The translations under genes and the position numbers were made by a program. Source: a virus (Duplodnaviria; Caudoviricetes). Taken from it: DNA of 54,182 nt. Location: IMG/VR virus record IMGVR_UViG_3300048854_000076, positions 1 to 54,182 of that record; one strand, written 5' to 3'. Positions 16,673-25,392 of this stretch are shown here, piece after piece (positions within the stretch are counted from its first letter, which is position 1; every line of letters starts with the position of its first letter). Below the pieces are notes generated by a model. The model worked only from the letters and a program-made list of their open reading frames with translations, searched no databases and was not told the origin of the DNA.

Positions 16673-17785
16673 TTATGCGTTGAGCGTTTCTTCGACGAGC
16701 TGAATGCGGCGACCGATCCAGTTCATGACAGGTACGGCCATGCTGTTACCGAGCGCTTTGTATCGCGGGCCATCGGCGGCCGGCTTGTTGCGGGACGTCA
16801 CCAACGTGTAGTCGTCGGGGAAGCCTTGGAGGCGCTCGCACTCGCGGGGCGTCAGTCGGCGGACTGCTGATTGTTGGATTGTGTGGGGCAATGCATTTGG
16901 GCAAAGACCGCGATCAGATCCCATTCCGCCCGCCTGCACGCTCATCGCAACATCACCAACTGCGCCGTTACGCAAGTCGTACGCCACCGGCACGAGCGGC
17001 GTACCGCGTCCAGTGCCATCCTCGCTCGCATCAAAGCCCTCGCCGCGCAACGAATGCGCAACGAGCAACGTCTCCGTCTCCGCATCAATTCTCTGATTGC
17101 TTGTGGTGAGCGCGCGAGCAATTTGGGGGATCAGGCCACCATCACACTCGAAATCGGTGCCGAGTCCGCCACCGCCTTTAGTGCGTGCGCTAAGGGTAGG
17201 GGCAATTCCTTTCCTCGCTTCGCGGCGCGGCGTAGGATGCCCGAGCAGGCTCTCGCGCTCAAAAAGTACTGCGGCGGCAGCTCGCCAGTCTCCAAGATGT
17301 CCGACAACGAACACACGGCGGCGTCGCTGGGCCACTCCGAAGTACTGAGCGTCAAGAATCCGGTAGGCGAACCCATACCCGAGTTCTGCCAGCCCTCCGA
17401 GGAGGGCGCCAAAATCCCGTCCTCCGTTTGATGACAGGACGCCGGGGACGTTTTCCCAGACCAGCCAGCGGGGAGAGAATCGTGCAGCAATGGCAAGATA
17501 GGTAAGCATGAGGTTGCCACGCGGGTCAGCCAATCCCTTGCGGAGTCCGGCGACGCTAAAGGACTGGCAGGGAGTTCCGCCGACGAGAAGATCGATAGCT
17601 GCATCAGGCCATTCCTTGAATTTCGTCATGTCGCCGAGATTCGGCACTTCGGGATAGTGGTGAGCCAGCACGGCAGACGGGAACGGCTCGATCTCGCTGA
17701 GCCATTGCGCTTCCCAGCCGAGCGACGACCAGGCGCAACTCGCCGCTTCGATCCCGCTGCACACCGATCCATATTTCAACGTCAT
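16673..17785 (-). CDS. C5 cytosine DNA methyltransferase
   Basis: SVCSGIE, GGTPCQSFS, WENVPG, AQRRRRVF, RRLTPRECERLQGFP, RYKALGNS. Confidence 0.95.
   Translation of the reverse strand: MTLKYGSVCSGIEAASCAWSSLGWEAQWLSEIEPFPSAVLAHHYPEVPNLGDMTKFKEWPDAAIDLLVGGTPCQSFSVAGLRKGLADPRGNLMLTYLAIAARFSPRWLVWENVPGVLSSNGGRDFGALLGGLAELGYGFAYRILDAQYFGVAQRRRRVFVVGHLGDWRAAAAVLFERESLLGHPTPRREARKGIAPTLSARTKGGGGLGTDFECDGGLIPQIARALTTSNQRIDAETETLLVAHSLRGEGFDASEDGTGRGTPLVPVAYDLRNGAVGDVAMSVQAGGMGSDRGLCPNALPHTIQQSAVRRLTPRECERLQGFPDDYTLVTSRNKPAADGPRYKALGNSMAVPVMNWIGRRIQLVEETLNA
17131..17604 (-). CDS. Nested out-of-frame ORF, putative methyltransferase partner polypeptide
   Basis: Own AAGGAA RBS 7 nt before ATG; WQNSGM, CSLSDILE, ILRRAAKRGKELP motifs. 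Confidence 0.65.
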   Translation of the reverse strand: MQLSIFSSAELPASPLASPDSARDWLTRVATSCLPILPLLHDSLPAGWSGKTSPASCHQTEDGILAPSSEGWQNSGMGSPTGFLTLSTSEWPSDAAVCSLSDILETGELPPQYFLSARACSGILRRAAKRGKELPLPLAHALKAVADSAPISSVMVA

Positions 17786-17885
17786 TCCCCGTTCCTCGTT
17801 ATCTGTCCATCGCCGATCCGCAGCGTGACTTCAAGTCCTGATCTCGCAGCGATAAGCCGCATTACTGCATCAACTAGCGCGTGCG

Positions 17886-18074
17886 TCATGCACTCTTCGC
17901 CGGCGCGCGTGTAATCAGGTAACCATTCGCTAGGTACGAAATTTCCTGATCCAGATCGACGGCCACCATTCGCGCTGTGGTACTGAGCACTTCAAGCGCG
18001 AGCTCGGCGGTCTTGTAGGCTGCTAGGTCGTACTTTGTCAGGGCCTTTTCGACTGCAGAGCGCTCGTGGTTCAT
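17886..18074 (-). CDS. Hypothetical protein
   Basis: In operon; 62 aa. Confidence 0.5.
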   Translation of the reverse strand: MNHERSAVEKALTKYDLAAYKTAELALEVLSTTARMVAVDLDQEISYLANGYLITRAPAKSA

Positions 18075-18077
18075 GAC

Positions 18078-18287
18078 CTAGTAATCCCCTGAAATCAATT
18101 GAGCGCCGATCTCGCGCAAAAACCTTCCCATATCTTCGCAGTGACGCAAACCAAGTGCGCACATGAACGCCTGAGCGGTTCGCGACATAGCTATAACTCG
18201 AAGTCGCGATCGCCAATCGTGCCGCCGCGCACTAATAAGCAGGCCATGATGGCCGCTGCCCCCGTAAGTAGTGCTACCCATATCCAC
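18078..18287 (-). CDS. Hypothetical protein
   Basis: First ORF after operator-promoter B; AGGGGA RBS nearby; start uncertain. Confidence 0.45.
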   Translation of the reverse strand: MDMGSTTYGGSGHHGLLISARRHDWRSRLRVIAMSRTAQAFMCALGLRHCEDMGRFLREIGAQLISGDY

Positions 18288-18337
18288 ATGATCGTATCCC
18301 CTGATCGCTGGTTTGTAGTGATACCGCCAATGAAGCT

Positions 18338-18367
18338 AGGATAGCGTCAAGGTATCCGTTCAGTCAA
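18338..18367 (-). promoter_or_regulatory. Operator-containing promoter (site B)
   Basis: TTGACT-18-TATCCT; GGATAg-cgtcaag-GTATCC. Confidence 0.75.
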
Positions 18368-18370
18368 GCG

Positions 18371-18724
18371 CTATTTGCGCGTTGTCATGCACAGCGCTCG
18401 GAATCGCGCGTTCTTGGCGTCGAAGCCGGTCAGGTTCGACTTCATCCAGGCTGGCGTTTCCGCTGCTTGCGTCTTGCTGGCAATGGCGTCGCGCAGGGCT
18501 GCGCCTTCGAGCAGCGAGAACTTGATATGCGGTCGCAGCACCTGGCGCCAGACGACGCCTTTCTCGACGAGCTGGCGCAGCGTATCGTGGACCGACGTGC
18601 GCGGCCGGCCGAACATGAGATCGCATACCTCGTTCTGCGTGTACTCGACACCGGGCGTCATCGCTAAGGCGAGTTCGGCGCAGGTCACGGTTTCCTTCTG
18701 CGTGCTGTTTAGCGTGTTGTTCAT
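18371..18724 (-). CDS. Winged-helix-like hypothetical protein
   Basis: YTQNEVCDLM..RTSVHDTLRQLVEKGVV. Confidence 0.6.
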   Translation of the reverse strand: MNNTLNSTQKETVTCAELALAMTPGVEYTQNEVCDLMFGRPRTSVHDTLRQLVEKGVVWRQVLRPHIKFSLLEGAALRDAIASKTQAAETPAWMKSNLTGFDAKNARFRALCMTTRK

Positions 18725-19035
18725 GCGACGACCTGTAGCAATCCGCGCTCGATAAGCGCGATGTATGTGAGCAAAACCATCTGATCCTCGAAATCTCGAC
18801 GATCCGCCTTGAGCATCTTTCCGCCCTGATCAAGCGAGCCATGACAGGTGGTGCAAAGCGCCGCAATGCGTGCATCGCTCGATTTGATTGCCATCCCTTT
18901 GCCCTGATTCGCGTGCGCCGCTTGGGTCGCGCCTTCCTTCCCGCAGTTGACGCATGGAAGCGTGGCGACCGCGCGGCGCAGCTTTTCACTGCGAAACGTG
19001 GATGGCTTCGGGAAGCCAACTAAGCGCGCGGTCAT
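18721..19035 (-). CDS. Zn-binding nuclease-like protein (YbcO/DUF968-like)
   Basis: PCVNCG..QAAH..GKGM..K..D....LCTTCH. Confidence 0.75.
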   Translation of the reverse strand: MTARLVGFPKPSTFRSEKLRRAVATLPCVNCGKEGATQAAHANQGKGMAIKSSDARIAALCTTCHGSLDQGGKMLKADRRDFEDQMVLLTYIALIERGLLQVVA

Positions 19036-19391
19036 CGCGCCCCCTGCATGAGTGCCGCAAACACGTTCGGCGGCCCTTGCTGCACTCGCTTGCGGGTACG
19101 GTACAGCGCGGCAAACTTGCGATAGTGGCGAGCTTGCGCTGAGCCGCGAGGCTCACGTCCCGGCTTGAGTCTGTCGCTCCCTTTGCCGGCTTTGAATATC
19201 GCGGCATCGTCGCCGCCAGTGCCGATCTTCTTCTGCCATCCGCAGATGAATATCTTCTGCTCGGCGCGAAGTTTTGCGATGTGGTGGCGCACGGTACGCT
19301 CGGAGCGCTCAATGTCGGGAACGATCTCCATGATCGTCATACCGACGGTCAGCATGGCGAGGATGCGATCGCGCGTGTCGTTCGTGTTCAT
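19032..19391 (-). CDS. HTH protein
   Basis: MTIMEI....RSERTVRHHIAKL; GGAG RBS. Confidence 0.65.
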   Translation of the reverse strand: MNTNDTRDRILAMLTVGMTIMEIVPDIERSERTVRHHIAKLRAEQKIFICGWQKKIGTGGDDAAIFKAGKGSDRLKPGREPRGSAQARHYRKFAALYRTRKRVQQGPPNVFAALMQGAR

Positions 19392-19804
19392 GGTGCTAAC
19401 TCCGCGTAACCTGGCGGTGCGCTCAACGGTATGTCGTTGCTCACCAGCCATGCAGTGATGTACTCGATCAGGCTGTTCATGCGGCGCACGCCCATCTTTG
19501 CCGACGACTCGCGGATATTGCAGAACTCGCCTTCAATGCCGGGAATCATCTCGGCGCCAATGCCGGTCGCGATCGCATGGCCGCTGATGAATAGCGTTTT
19601 CCATTGCGCGGCTGTCAACTTTCGGCCATGGAACGTTGCCTGTTTTGCAGCGATGCCAAACAGGTGGTGGAGCAGGGCGTTTTGCGGCAAACTGCGCGTC
19701 TGCTCTTGCAGGACAAGCACGTGACCATCGGGCCGGTTGTGCACAGCCTCAGCGGCGAATCGGCGGTTGTTCGCGTTGAGGAAAATCGTTAACTTATCGC
19801 TCAT
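19388..19804 (-). CDS. ninB: NinB-family recombination protein
   Basis: TRSLPQNALLH, WKTLF, RESSAKM....M.SLIEYI. Confidence 0.85.
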   Translation of the reverse strand: MSDKLTIFLNANNRRFAAEAVHNRPDGHVLVLQEQTRSLPQNALLHHLFGIAAKQATFHGRKLTAAQWKTLFISGHAIATGIGAEMIPGIEGEFCNIRESSAKMGVRRMNSLIEYITAWLVSNDIPLSAPPGYAELAP

Positions 19805-20283
19805 GCCGCGGCCATCTGGTGCTGAGCCACGATCGCGACACCAAGCGCCGGCCACGCATGCGACGAGACGCCGAACAGCGGGCCCGGCTGGCTCTTGATG
19901 CCAATCTGCGGGGTCTTTCCGCCACCAGTCGCCGGGAAGAGATCGATCAGCGCTTGGCGAATGTTTGCGTCCTTCGCCTTAGTCGTGCCGCAAAGGTGCA
20001 GCTTCACATCCTTGCGGTAGACCAAGCGCACAGCGTCTGGCGTAGGCCACGCCTGTTTAAAGCGGCCTATCCACACGCAAGTCTCGAATACTTCTCGGCC
20101 CACGGCCATGCCGTAGCTGGCAATCATTTCTATAGCCAAAAATCGGATTGGTGTGCCGACATCGGGTTTTGCGAGCATTTCCACCAATTCATCATTCGGC
20201 ATCACACCGCAATCCTGGATAAAGCCGTCGTCAAGGATGCACCAGCCGCTCTGCGTCGTTCCCGGGTCAATCGCTAAAATCAT
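19801..20283 (-). CDS. RuvC-like Holliday junction resolvase
   Basis: ILAIDPG, AIEM, HAW.AL.VA. Confidence 0.8.
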   Translation of the reverse strand: MILAIDPGTTQSGWCILDDGFIQDCGVMPNDELVEMLAKPDVGTPIRFLAIEMIASYGMAVGREVFETCVWIGRFKQAWPTPDAVRLVYRKDVKLHLCGTTKAKDANIRQALIDLFPATGGGKTPQIGIKSQPGPLFGVSSHAWPALGVAIVAQHQMAAA

Positions 20284-20426
20284 GCGGATTTCTCACTTTC
20301 CATAAAGCGCCAAAGTTCACGTTTCGCGATCTGCGCCGCCTGCTCGCCATGCCGCGTCTTGACGCCTTCGACCAGTTGCTGCGCGAGGGCGTAGCTACCG
20401 CGCCTACCATCGCGCACGGCTGCCAT
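20280..20426 (-). CDS. Small hypothetical protein
   Basis: Fills the gap with ATGA overlap; start uncertain. Confidence 0.4.
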   Translation of the reverse strand: MAAVRDGRRGSYALAQQLVEGVKTRHGEQAAQIAKRELWRFMESEKSA

Positions 20427-20455
20427 GAAGGACGCTAAGCACTCGGCGGCTGTCC

Positions 20456-21187
20456 TCAGAACGGTATTTCGTCGAGTTCGAGCGCAGACGGGGTCTCGAC
20501 TGGCGGTGCAAACGTCATGCGCTTGTAGATGCCACGCGTCTTGATGATGTCGTCGGCGCAGTAATCGGCGACGTCTGCGATGCGCCCTTCGCGCACGGCC
20601 GCCCACACCTTGCTGCCGTCCATATCACCCTTGCCGCCGAGACCGAGCACGCTGGACAGCTTGTCGAGCGATACGGAGTCGCGAGTCCCGGACCACTGCA
20701 CCATCGTGTCGAATACCTTCTGGTCGTCCCACGGCTTGGCCGAGAATGGGATGAAGGGCGTCGGCTTCACGCCGAGCATGACGGCGCGCTGAAACAGGAA
20801 ACGGAAGTCGAAATTGATCATGTTGTGGCCGACGAATATCGGGCGGTCGCCGAGATTCTTTGAGCAGGCGTCGTGGATGATGTCGAACGCCTCGCGCAGC
20901 ACGTCGGCTTCGCGGTCGAGCCAATCCGCCGGCGACCACACGGTGATCGGTGCTTCATCGTTGAACGCCAAGCCGATGACAGCGATGTGACCGAGCGCGC
21001 CGTCGAAGCTTGTCTTGAGCCATGCGTCCTCGACAAGACCCGGCTTCTTGTCGCTCTCCCACGCTGCGATCGTCTCCGCTTTGCTGATGTTGCCGGGGCA
21101 TGTGATGCCAGCAGCGATCAGTTCGCGCACGCCCGGCAACTGCGAGGGGCAGGTCTCGATGTCCAGATAGATTTCCATGATTTCCAT
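20456..21187 (-). CDS. DnaQ/PolB-like 3'-5' exonuclease
   Basis: LDIET, GHN..NFD, YCADD exonuclease motifs I-III. Confidence 0.9.
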   Translation of the reverse strand: MEIMEIYLDIETCPSQLPGVRELIAAGITCPGNISKAETIAAWESDKKPGLVEDAWLKTSFDGALGHIAVIGLAFNDEAPITVWSPADWLDREADVLREAFDIIHDACSKNLGDRPIFVGHNMINFDFRFLFQRAVMLGVKPTPFIPFSAKPWDDQKVFDTMVQWSGTRDSVSLDKLSSVLGLGGKGDMDGSKVWAAVREGRIADVADYCADDIIKTRGIYKRMTFAPPVETPSALELDEIPF

Positions 21188-21248
21188 TCCTCTAGTTCGA
21201 CCCGGCGCTATGCGTGCTCCGGTATCCGTTCATCAATAATAACGCATA

Positions 21249-21269
21249 CGGATACATTGTGGGTATCCG
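21249..21269. promoter_or_regulatory. Perfect operator palindrome (site C)
   Basis: CGGATAC-attgtgg-GTATCCG, with an extra half-site GGTATCCG at 21221. Confidence 0.75.
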
Positions 21270-21283
21270 GCGCGAAGAAAATT

Positions 21284-21799
21284 TCACTCGGCGCGGGAGT
21301 GGGGCGTCATGAACAGGAGCACGTTAAACGCGTCCATCACGCGCAGCTCGCCAACGGCATCAACGGCGGCTTGGGCGGCATCCATCGACTCGAACGCTGG
21401 TGCCACTGTGCCGCCGCAGAACTCGACGCGCGCCTCGTACTCGATCTCGTTGAGCACGTGCTGATAGCCGACGTGCCACGATACGGTGATGCCGTCCGGC
21501 GTCTTGATGCCTGGCTGACGACGCAGGTCCATCATCGTGTCGAACGCGGCCCGGTAGGCGCGGTGCTGGTGCAGGTTGCCGGCCACGATGCCAAGCGGCT
21601 TCGCTTTCTGTTCTTGGATCGCGCGGATCTTCACAATGTCGCGCTTGATCGACAGGGCGAGAGTGCGGCGCGCAATTTCGATCTCGTCGGCGCGGATGTC
21701 CAAGCGCAGATCGTCAAGCGGTACTTCGGTTACGGGCATAGCCTGCAGACGTGCGGCCGATTCCGATAAGTCGATAAAAGTGCGTGCGTTCATGATCAA
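21284..21799 (-). CDS. Hypothetical protein
   Basis: AAGGGG RBS; 171 aa. Confidence 0.65.
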   Translation of the reverse strand: MIMNARTFIDLSESAARLQAMPVTEVPLDDLRLDIRADEIEIARRTLALSIKRDIVKIRAIQEQKAKPLGIVAGNLHQHRAYRAAFDTMMDLRRQPGIKTPDGITVSWHVGYQHVLNEIEYEARVEFCGGTVAPAFESMDAAQAAVDAVGELRVMDAFNVLLFMTPHSRAE

Positions 21800-22044
21800 T
21801 TCCCCTTGGGTTCATTTGCGAGACCGCGCCATTCGAAGCCGCCACTCTGGATGGCTACGTTGCTGCGGTGATCCTTGCACGACTCGGCGCCGTGCGGCGT
21901 TTGTGCTGTCTTGCTCCAACGTTTCCCTGTCCACCACGAGTACCACACCACGAGTTGCTTTCCATTCGGTTTGACGCGGACCTGATACGCGCCGATGTGA
22001 TGCGGCTTGGTAGTCCTGTCAAACCATTCGGTTAATGCATCCAT
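21796..22044 (-). CDS. Hypothetical protein (T.WF...KP..IG.Y family)
   Basis: GGGGAG RBS; similar N-terminus to 28006-28200. Confidence 0.65.
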   Translation of the reverse strand: MDALTEWFDRTTKPHHIGAYQVRVKPNGKQLVVWYSWWTGKRWSKTAQTPHGAESCKDHRSNVAIQSGGFEWRGLANEPKGN

Positions 22045-22094
22045 GCTGGTCTCCCCGCGCGTCGCCAGTCGATACCGGCGACGCTGTTGTTTGA

Positions 22095-22550
22095 TTACCA
22101 AGGAATATCGTCGTCCATGTCTTCGAAGCCACTTGCTGCCTGCGGCTGTTTCCCCGCTGGCTGGTTTGCAGCAGGGCGCGCGAGGGGCTTCTGAGTCGAC
22201 GGTGCCGTGCCATCCGACCGGCTGCCGAGCATCTTCATCTGGTCCGCGATGATCTCGGTCGAGTACTTCTCGACGCCTTCCTTGTCGGTCCATTTGCGCG
22301 TTCGAATGCGCCCCTCGATGTAGCAGGACGATCCTTTTTTCAGGTACTCGTTTGCGATTTCTGCTACACGACCGAAAAACGAAATGCGGTGGTATTCAGT
22401 TACCTCCTTCATCTCGCCGCTGGCCTTATCCTTGTATCGCTCAGACGTAGCAAGGCGGGCGTTGGAGACAGCATCGCCACTGGGGAGATAGCGGGTTTCT
22501 GGGTCAGCGACCAAATTGCCAATCAAAATTACGCGGTTAACGGATGCCAT
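22095..22550 (-). CDS. ssb: Single-stranded DNA-binding protein
   Basis: [19 protein letters not shown]; acidic tail DDDIPW. Confidence 0.95.
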   Translation of the reverse strand: MASVNRVILIGNLVADPETRYLPSGDAVSNARLATSERYKDKASGEMKEVTEYHRISFFGRVAEIANEYLKKGSSCYIEGRIRTRKWTDKEGVEKYSTEIIADQMKMLGSRSDGTAPSTQKPLARPAANQPAGKQPQAASGFEDMDDDIPW

Positions 22551-23152
22551 TACGCTGCCTTTTTGAGTTCTTGCATGCGGTTATTGAAAACTTCACGAAC
22601 AGCGGATCTCTGATCATTCGTCAGCCCGTTCATGATCTTGACCAACTCAGAGGTATCACGCGCGGCCTTCATCTGTTCAGCCATCGCTACGTCTGCAGGT
22701 GATTGCGGGATTTCTGGTTCTGGCTGTGCTTGACGTGCCTGCGCAGTTGGCTTCTGCTGTATGCACGATCCTGCATTGCCGTCATCGTCAGCCTGATAAA
22801 GCCCGGTGATGGCCGAGAGGGAATAGCGGCGCAGGTAGGTGAGCGTCGAGCCGAATCCTTGCGGGTCTTGCTTGGGAAGCGGGGCAACGGCCGTGTCTTC
22901 CATCCATTGCCCCGACTCGTGCATGAGGCGCGTCGTCAGGTGGAGCTTGCCGTCGTCGGATGGCGAGGGCGATTGCAGGAACACAATGCCAGCGTCATTC
23001 AGAGGTCCTTTGATTGCGTCGATGACAGATTCAAGATCCGCATACGAGTTCTTAAAATGCGGATTCTTCGAGTCCTTCGCCGCGAATTTGATTGCCTGTT
23101 GCGCCTTCAACAGCGCGGATGCCAGCTTGTCGACGTTCTCGCTCGTTTTCAT
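22550..23152 (-). CDS. erf: ERF-family ssDNA annealing protein
   Basis: NPHFK..YADL, L.HESGQW, GS.LTY.RRYSL, DDDGN. Confidence 0.92.
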   Translation of the reverse strand: MKTSENVDKLASALLKAQQAIKFAAKDSKNPHFKNSYADLESVIDAIKGPLNDAGIVFLQSPSPSDDGKLHLTTRLMHESGQWMEDTAVAPLPKQDPQGFGSTLTYLRRYSLSAITGLYQADDDGNAGSCIQQKPTAQARQAQPEPEIPQSPADVAMAEQMKAARDTSELVKIMNGLTNDQRSAVREVFNNRMQELKKAA

Positions 23153-23238
23153 GGTGCTTCTCCCGTAGATAAAAGTGGTGGTGCTGCTGCTCTTCTTCCT
23201 GCTGTTGCTGTTCCTCGTCCTGCACCTGTTGCCAAAAC

Positions 23239-23631
23239 TCAGCGCCCGACATGGCTGATCTCGTCGATCTCGTCACGCACGACTCGCGCACGGTTGACCA
23301 GCAATTGCAGCCAGCCGTCTTTCGCCGCTTCCGGGAACATCTCCACGAATCGCGGCCATTCCAGATCCAGCTCGCGCAAGATCGCGTACATGTCCGGCAC
23401 CTTCTGCGCGACCTTCACCTGGCGATGCAATTTCAGGACGGTCGCGACGTCCGTCACCTTCTCTTCGCCGGCCTTCTTCAGATCGACCATGAACACGTCG
23501 ACCGGGATTTGCTGCGCTACTTCGCGTACTGTCAAGGTATCCGGCATGGGCGTGCTTTTCCGTGCTGCGGGCAGTTGCTTGGGTGTGAAGCGGCTGCGGA
23601 GGATCGAGATGACTTGCGGAGCGGTCGTCAT
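23239..23631 (-). CDS. Hypothetical protein
   Basis: In operon; start uncertain. Confidence 0.55.
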   Translation of the reverse strand: MTTAPQVISILRSRFTPKQLPAARKSTPMPDTLTVREVAQQIPVDVFMVDLKKAGEEKVTDVATVLKLHRQVKVAQKVPDMYAILRELDLEWPRFVEMFPEAAKDGWLQLLVNRARVVRDEIDEISHVGR

Positions 23632-23632
23632 G

Positions 23633-23773
23633 TTAGCAGCCCAACCGGAAATCACGCACGCCAGACTGGATAAGGCGGTTAGCCACTTCCAGACGCAGCT
23701 TTTCCGTCAGGGCGCCCGCGCCACCTTGCGCCAAGCGGTTCAATTCGATCAGGTCTGCGGCTAAGGTGCTCAT
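23633..23773 (-). CDS. Small hypothetical protein
   Basis: GGAGA RBS; first gene after site D. Confidence 0.55.
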   Translation of the reverse strand: MSTLAADLIELNRLAQGGAGALTEKLRLEVANRLIQSGVRDFRLGC

Positions 23774-23811
23774 GTCGATCTCCGGTTGTGGTGTGTGCTG
23801 CCTTGAGATGA

Positions 23812-23840
23812 AGGATAGCTGCACGGTATCGGTTACGCAA
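23812..23840 (-). promoter_or_regulatory. Operator-containing promoter (site D)
   Basis: TTGCGT-17-TATCCT; GGATAg-ctgcacg-GTATCg. Confidence 0.75.
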
Positions 23841-23875
23841 GCTAAATTTGCATCTATTTCGTGCGGCACGCCACA

Positions 23876-24073
23876 CTAGATCCCGTACCGTCGCTCAAGT
23901 TGATGGTCCGCTTCGCTCTGGTGCTCGGCGCTGCGCGGTGCCGGCTTGTGCGTGTCGCAATACTCGCGGCCTTCGTGCTGCCAATGCGCCTTCACACGCG
24001 GTCCGAGCTGGCGACACACGCAGCAATAGCACCAGCCGCCGCGCTCGACCATGGCCTTAGATATGCGCTTCAT
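23876..24073 (-). CDS. Small Cys/His (Zn-finger-like) protein
   Basis: CCVC...YCDTH; ATGA overlap. Confidence 0.55.
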   Translation of the reverse strand: MKRISKAMVERGGWCYCCVCRQLGPRVKAHWQHEGREYCDTHKPAPRSAEHQSEADHQLERRYGI

Positions 24074-24324
24074 GACTGGCTCCACGTGCTCACAGCAATG
24101 GATACGACAGGATGCGAACAGCCGGCAATCCATAACTGGATCGACTCGCCAGCATTGAGCAATGCTAGTTCGTCGGGCGTCGGCTCCCATGCTGAAACCA
24201 TGAAAGGTCCGTGCTCCGTCTCAACGTCCAGGATCGGCAGCACGTTGCACTTCGAAATGTCGCCATCCCAATCTGCTGGCGCGCCAAGGTTGCGGGTCGC
24301 ACCTTCTATTCTGCGGATCAGCAT
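24070..24324 (-). CDS. Conserved phage protein
   Basis: LGAP.DWD, SAWEPTPDELALLNAG. Confidence 0.7.
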   Translation of the reverse strand: MLIRRIEGATRNLGAPADWDGDISKCNVLPILDVETEHGPFMVSAWEPTPDELALLNAGESIQLWIAGCSHPVVSIAVSTWSQS

Positions 24325-24662
24325 GCTGCTCTCCTAATCGCCATGCACAGGTTCGCGTGTCTCCTGATCGCGCTCTCGTACCCGACGAGGCATTCTGTCA
24401 GCCGCATGTCGCGATACGGCTTGCCGACCGGCTCGGGCTCTGATGTGAAGTAGACGTACATGGACCGTGACGCGTCTCCGTCGCCCTCTGCATACTCGCG
24501 GATGCGCTTCACTTCGCCGGTCTCCATCAAGTCGCCCAATGCGCCACGTACAGCGGTCGGATGCGATACGCCGAACTTGGACATGAGCTGCACAATGGTC
24601 AGGCGCTTACCGCCGTCGAGCACGCGCAAAATGTCCGATGTGGTGATGTGGATGCGGCTCAT
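24318..24662 (-). CDS. Winged-helix-like hypothetical protein
   Basis: LTIVQLMSKFG...VRGALGDL; resembles 18371-18724 including the C-terminal LCM. Confidence 0.6.
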   Translation of the reverse strand: MSRIHITTSDILRVLDGGKRLTIVQLMSKFGVSHPTAVRGALGDLMETGEVKRIREYAEGDGDASRSMYVYFTSEPEPVGKPYRDMRLTECLVGYESAIRRHANLCMAIRRAAC

Positions 24663-24955
24663 GCTGGCTCCTCGAACGCGTTGTAATCGACGCTGTAGTC
24701 GAAGGTGATCACGAAGCGCTTTACTTCGCTCGATCCCGGCGCGCGGACGAGAACTGTGCGCTCGTGTGGGCCTTCGCCGCCGTTGTCGTCGCAGTCCTCG
24801 GCATACTTCGCCGCCGCGTCCTCTTCGTCATGCTCGCGCACGATCTGCCAGTCGTCGTCATCGCAATCTACCGCGTCGCGCACCTCCCATTCGGGTGGGC
24901 AGGCGTGATATTTGGATAGCCCTTCATATCTTCCGCACGTCGCGCAATAGCTCAT
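24659..24955 (-). CDS. Acidic hypothetical protein
   Basis: ATGA overlaps at both ends. Confidence 0.6.
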   Translation of the reverse strand: MSYCATCGRYEGLSKYHACPPEWEVRDAVDCDDDDWQIVREHDEEDAAAKYAEDCDDNGGEGPHERTVLVRAPGSSEVKRFVITFDYSVDYNAFEEPA

Positions 24956-25392
24956 GCTGCACCTGTTGCTTTGGCGATGACAGCCTGCGCTTCTGCGATG
25001 CTGAGGCTGCCGTAGTACTGGCCGGCATCTACCGGGCTATGTCCGCAATCCATCGGGTTAGAGTGCCCTTCCATCGGATCGCCGCAGCAGCAAACGCCAT
25101 CGTGCAAATCGGCATGCTCAAGTGTTGCAAGGAGATTCCCGAGCGCGACTAGCAATTCAGGAGCGGCGGCGATCAGGCGGGCATCGTCATCGCTTATCAC
25201 CAGTTCATCGTATGAGGTGGTGACGACCATTTCCCCGTTCGGCCCGGCGATACCTTTTGAATCTGAAAGGTACAGCGTATATACACACGGGTCGTCTCCT
25301 TGCGGCCCAGGATGCATGATGCCGGCGTGACTCGGTTTTTTGCACATGCCTGACCAGTTGCCAACGCTCCACGGTCCTTTTGTATGGCTCAT
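24952..25392 (-). CDS. Phage protein (HTKGPW..ARLIAAAPELL family)
   Basis: Signature motifs present. Confidence 0.75.
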   Translation of the reverse strand: MSHTKGPWSVGNWSGMCKKPSHAGIMHPGPQGDDPCVYTLYLSDSKGIAGPNGEMVVTTSYDELVISDDDARLIAAAPELLVALGNLLATLEHADLHDGVCCCGDPMEGHSNPMDCGHSPVDAGQYYGSLSIAEAQAVIAKATGAA

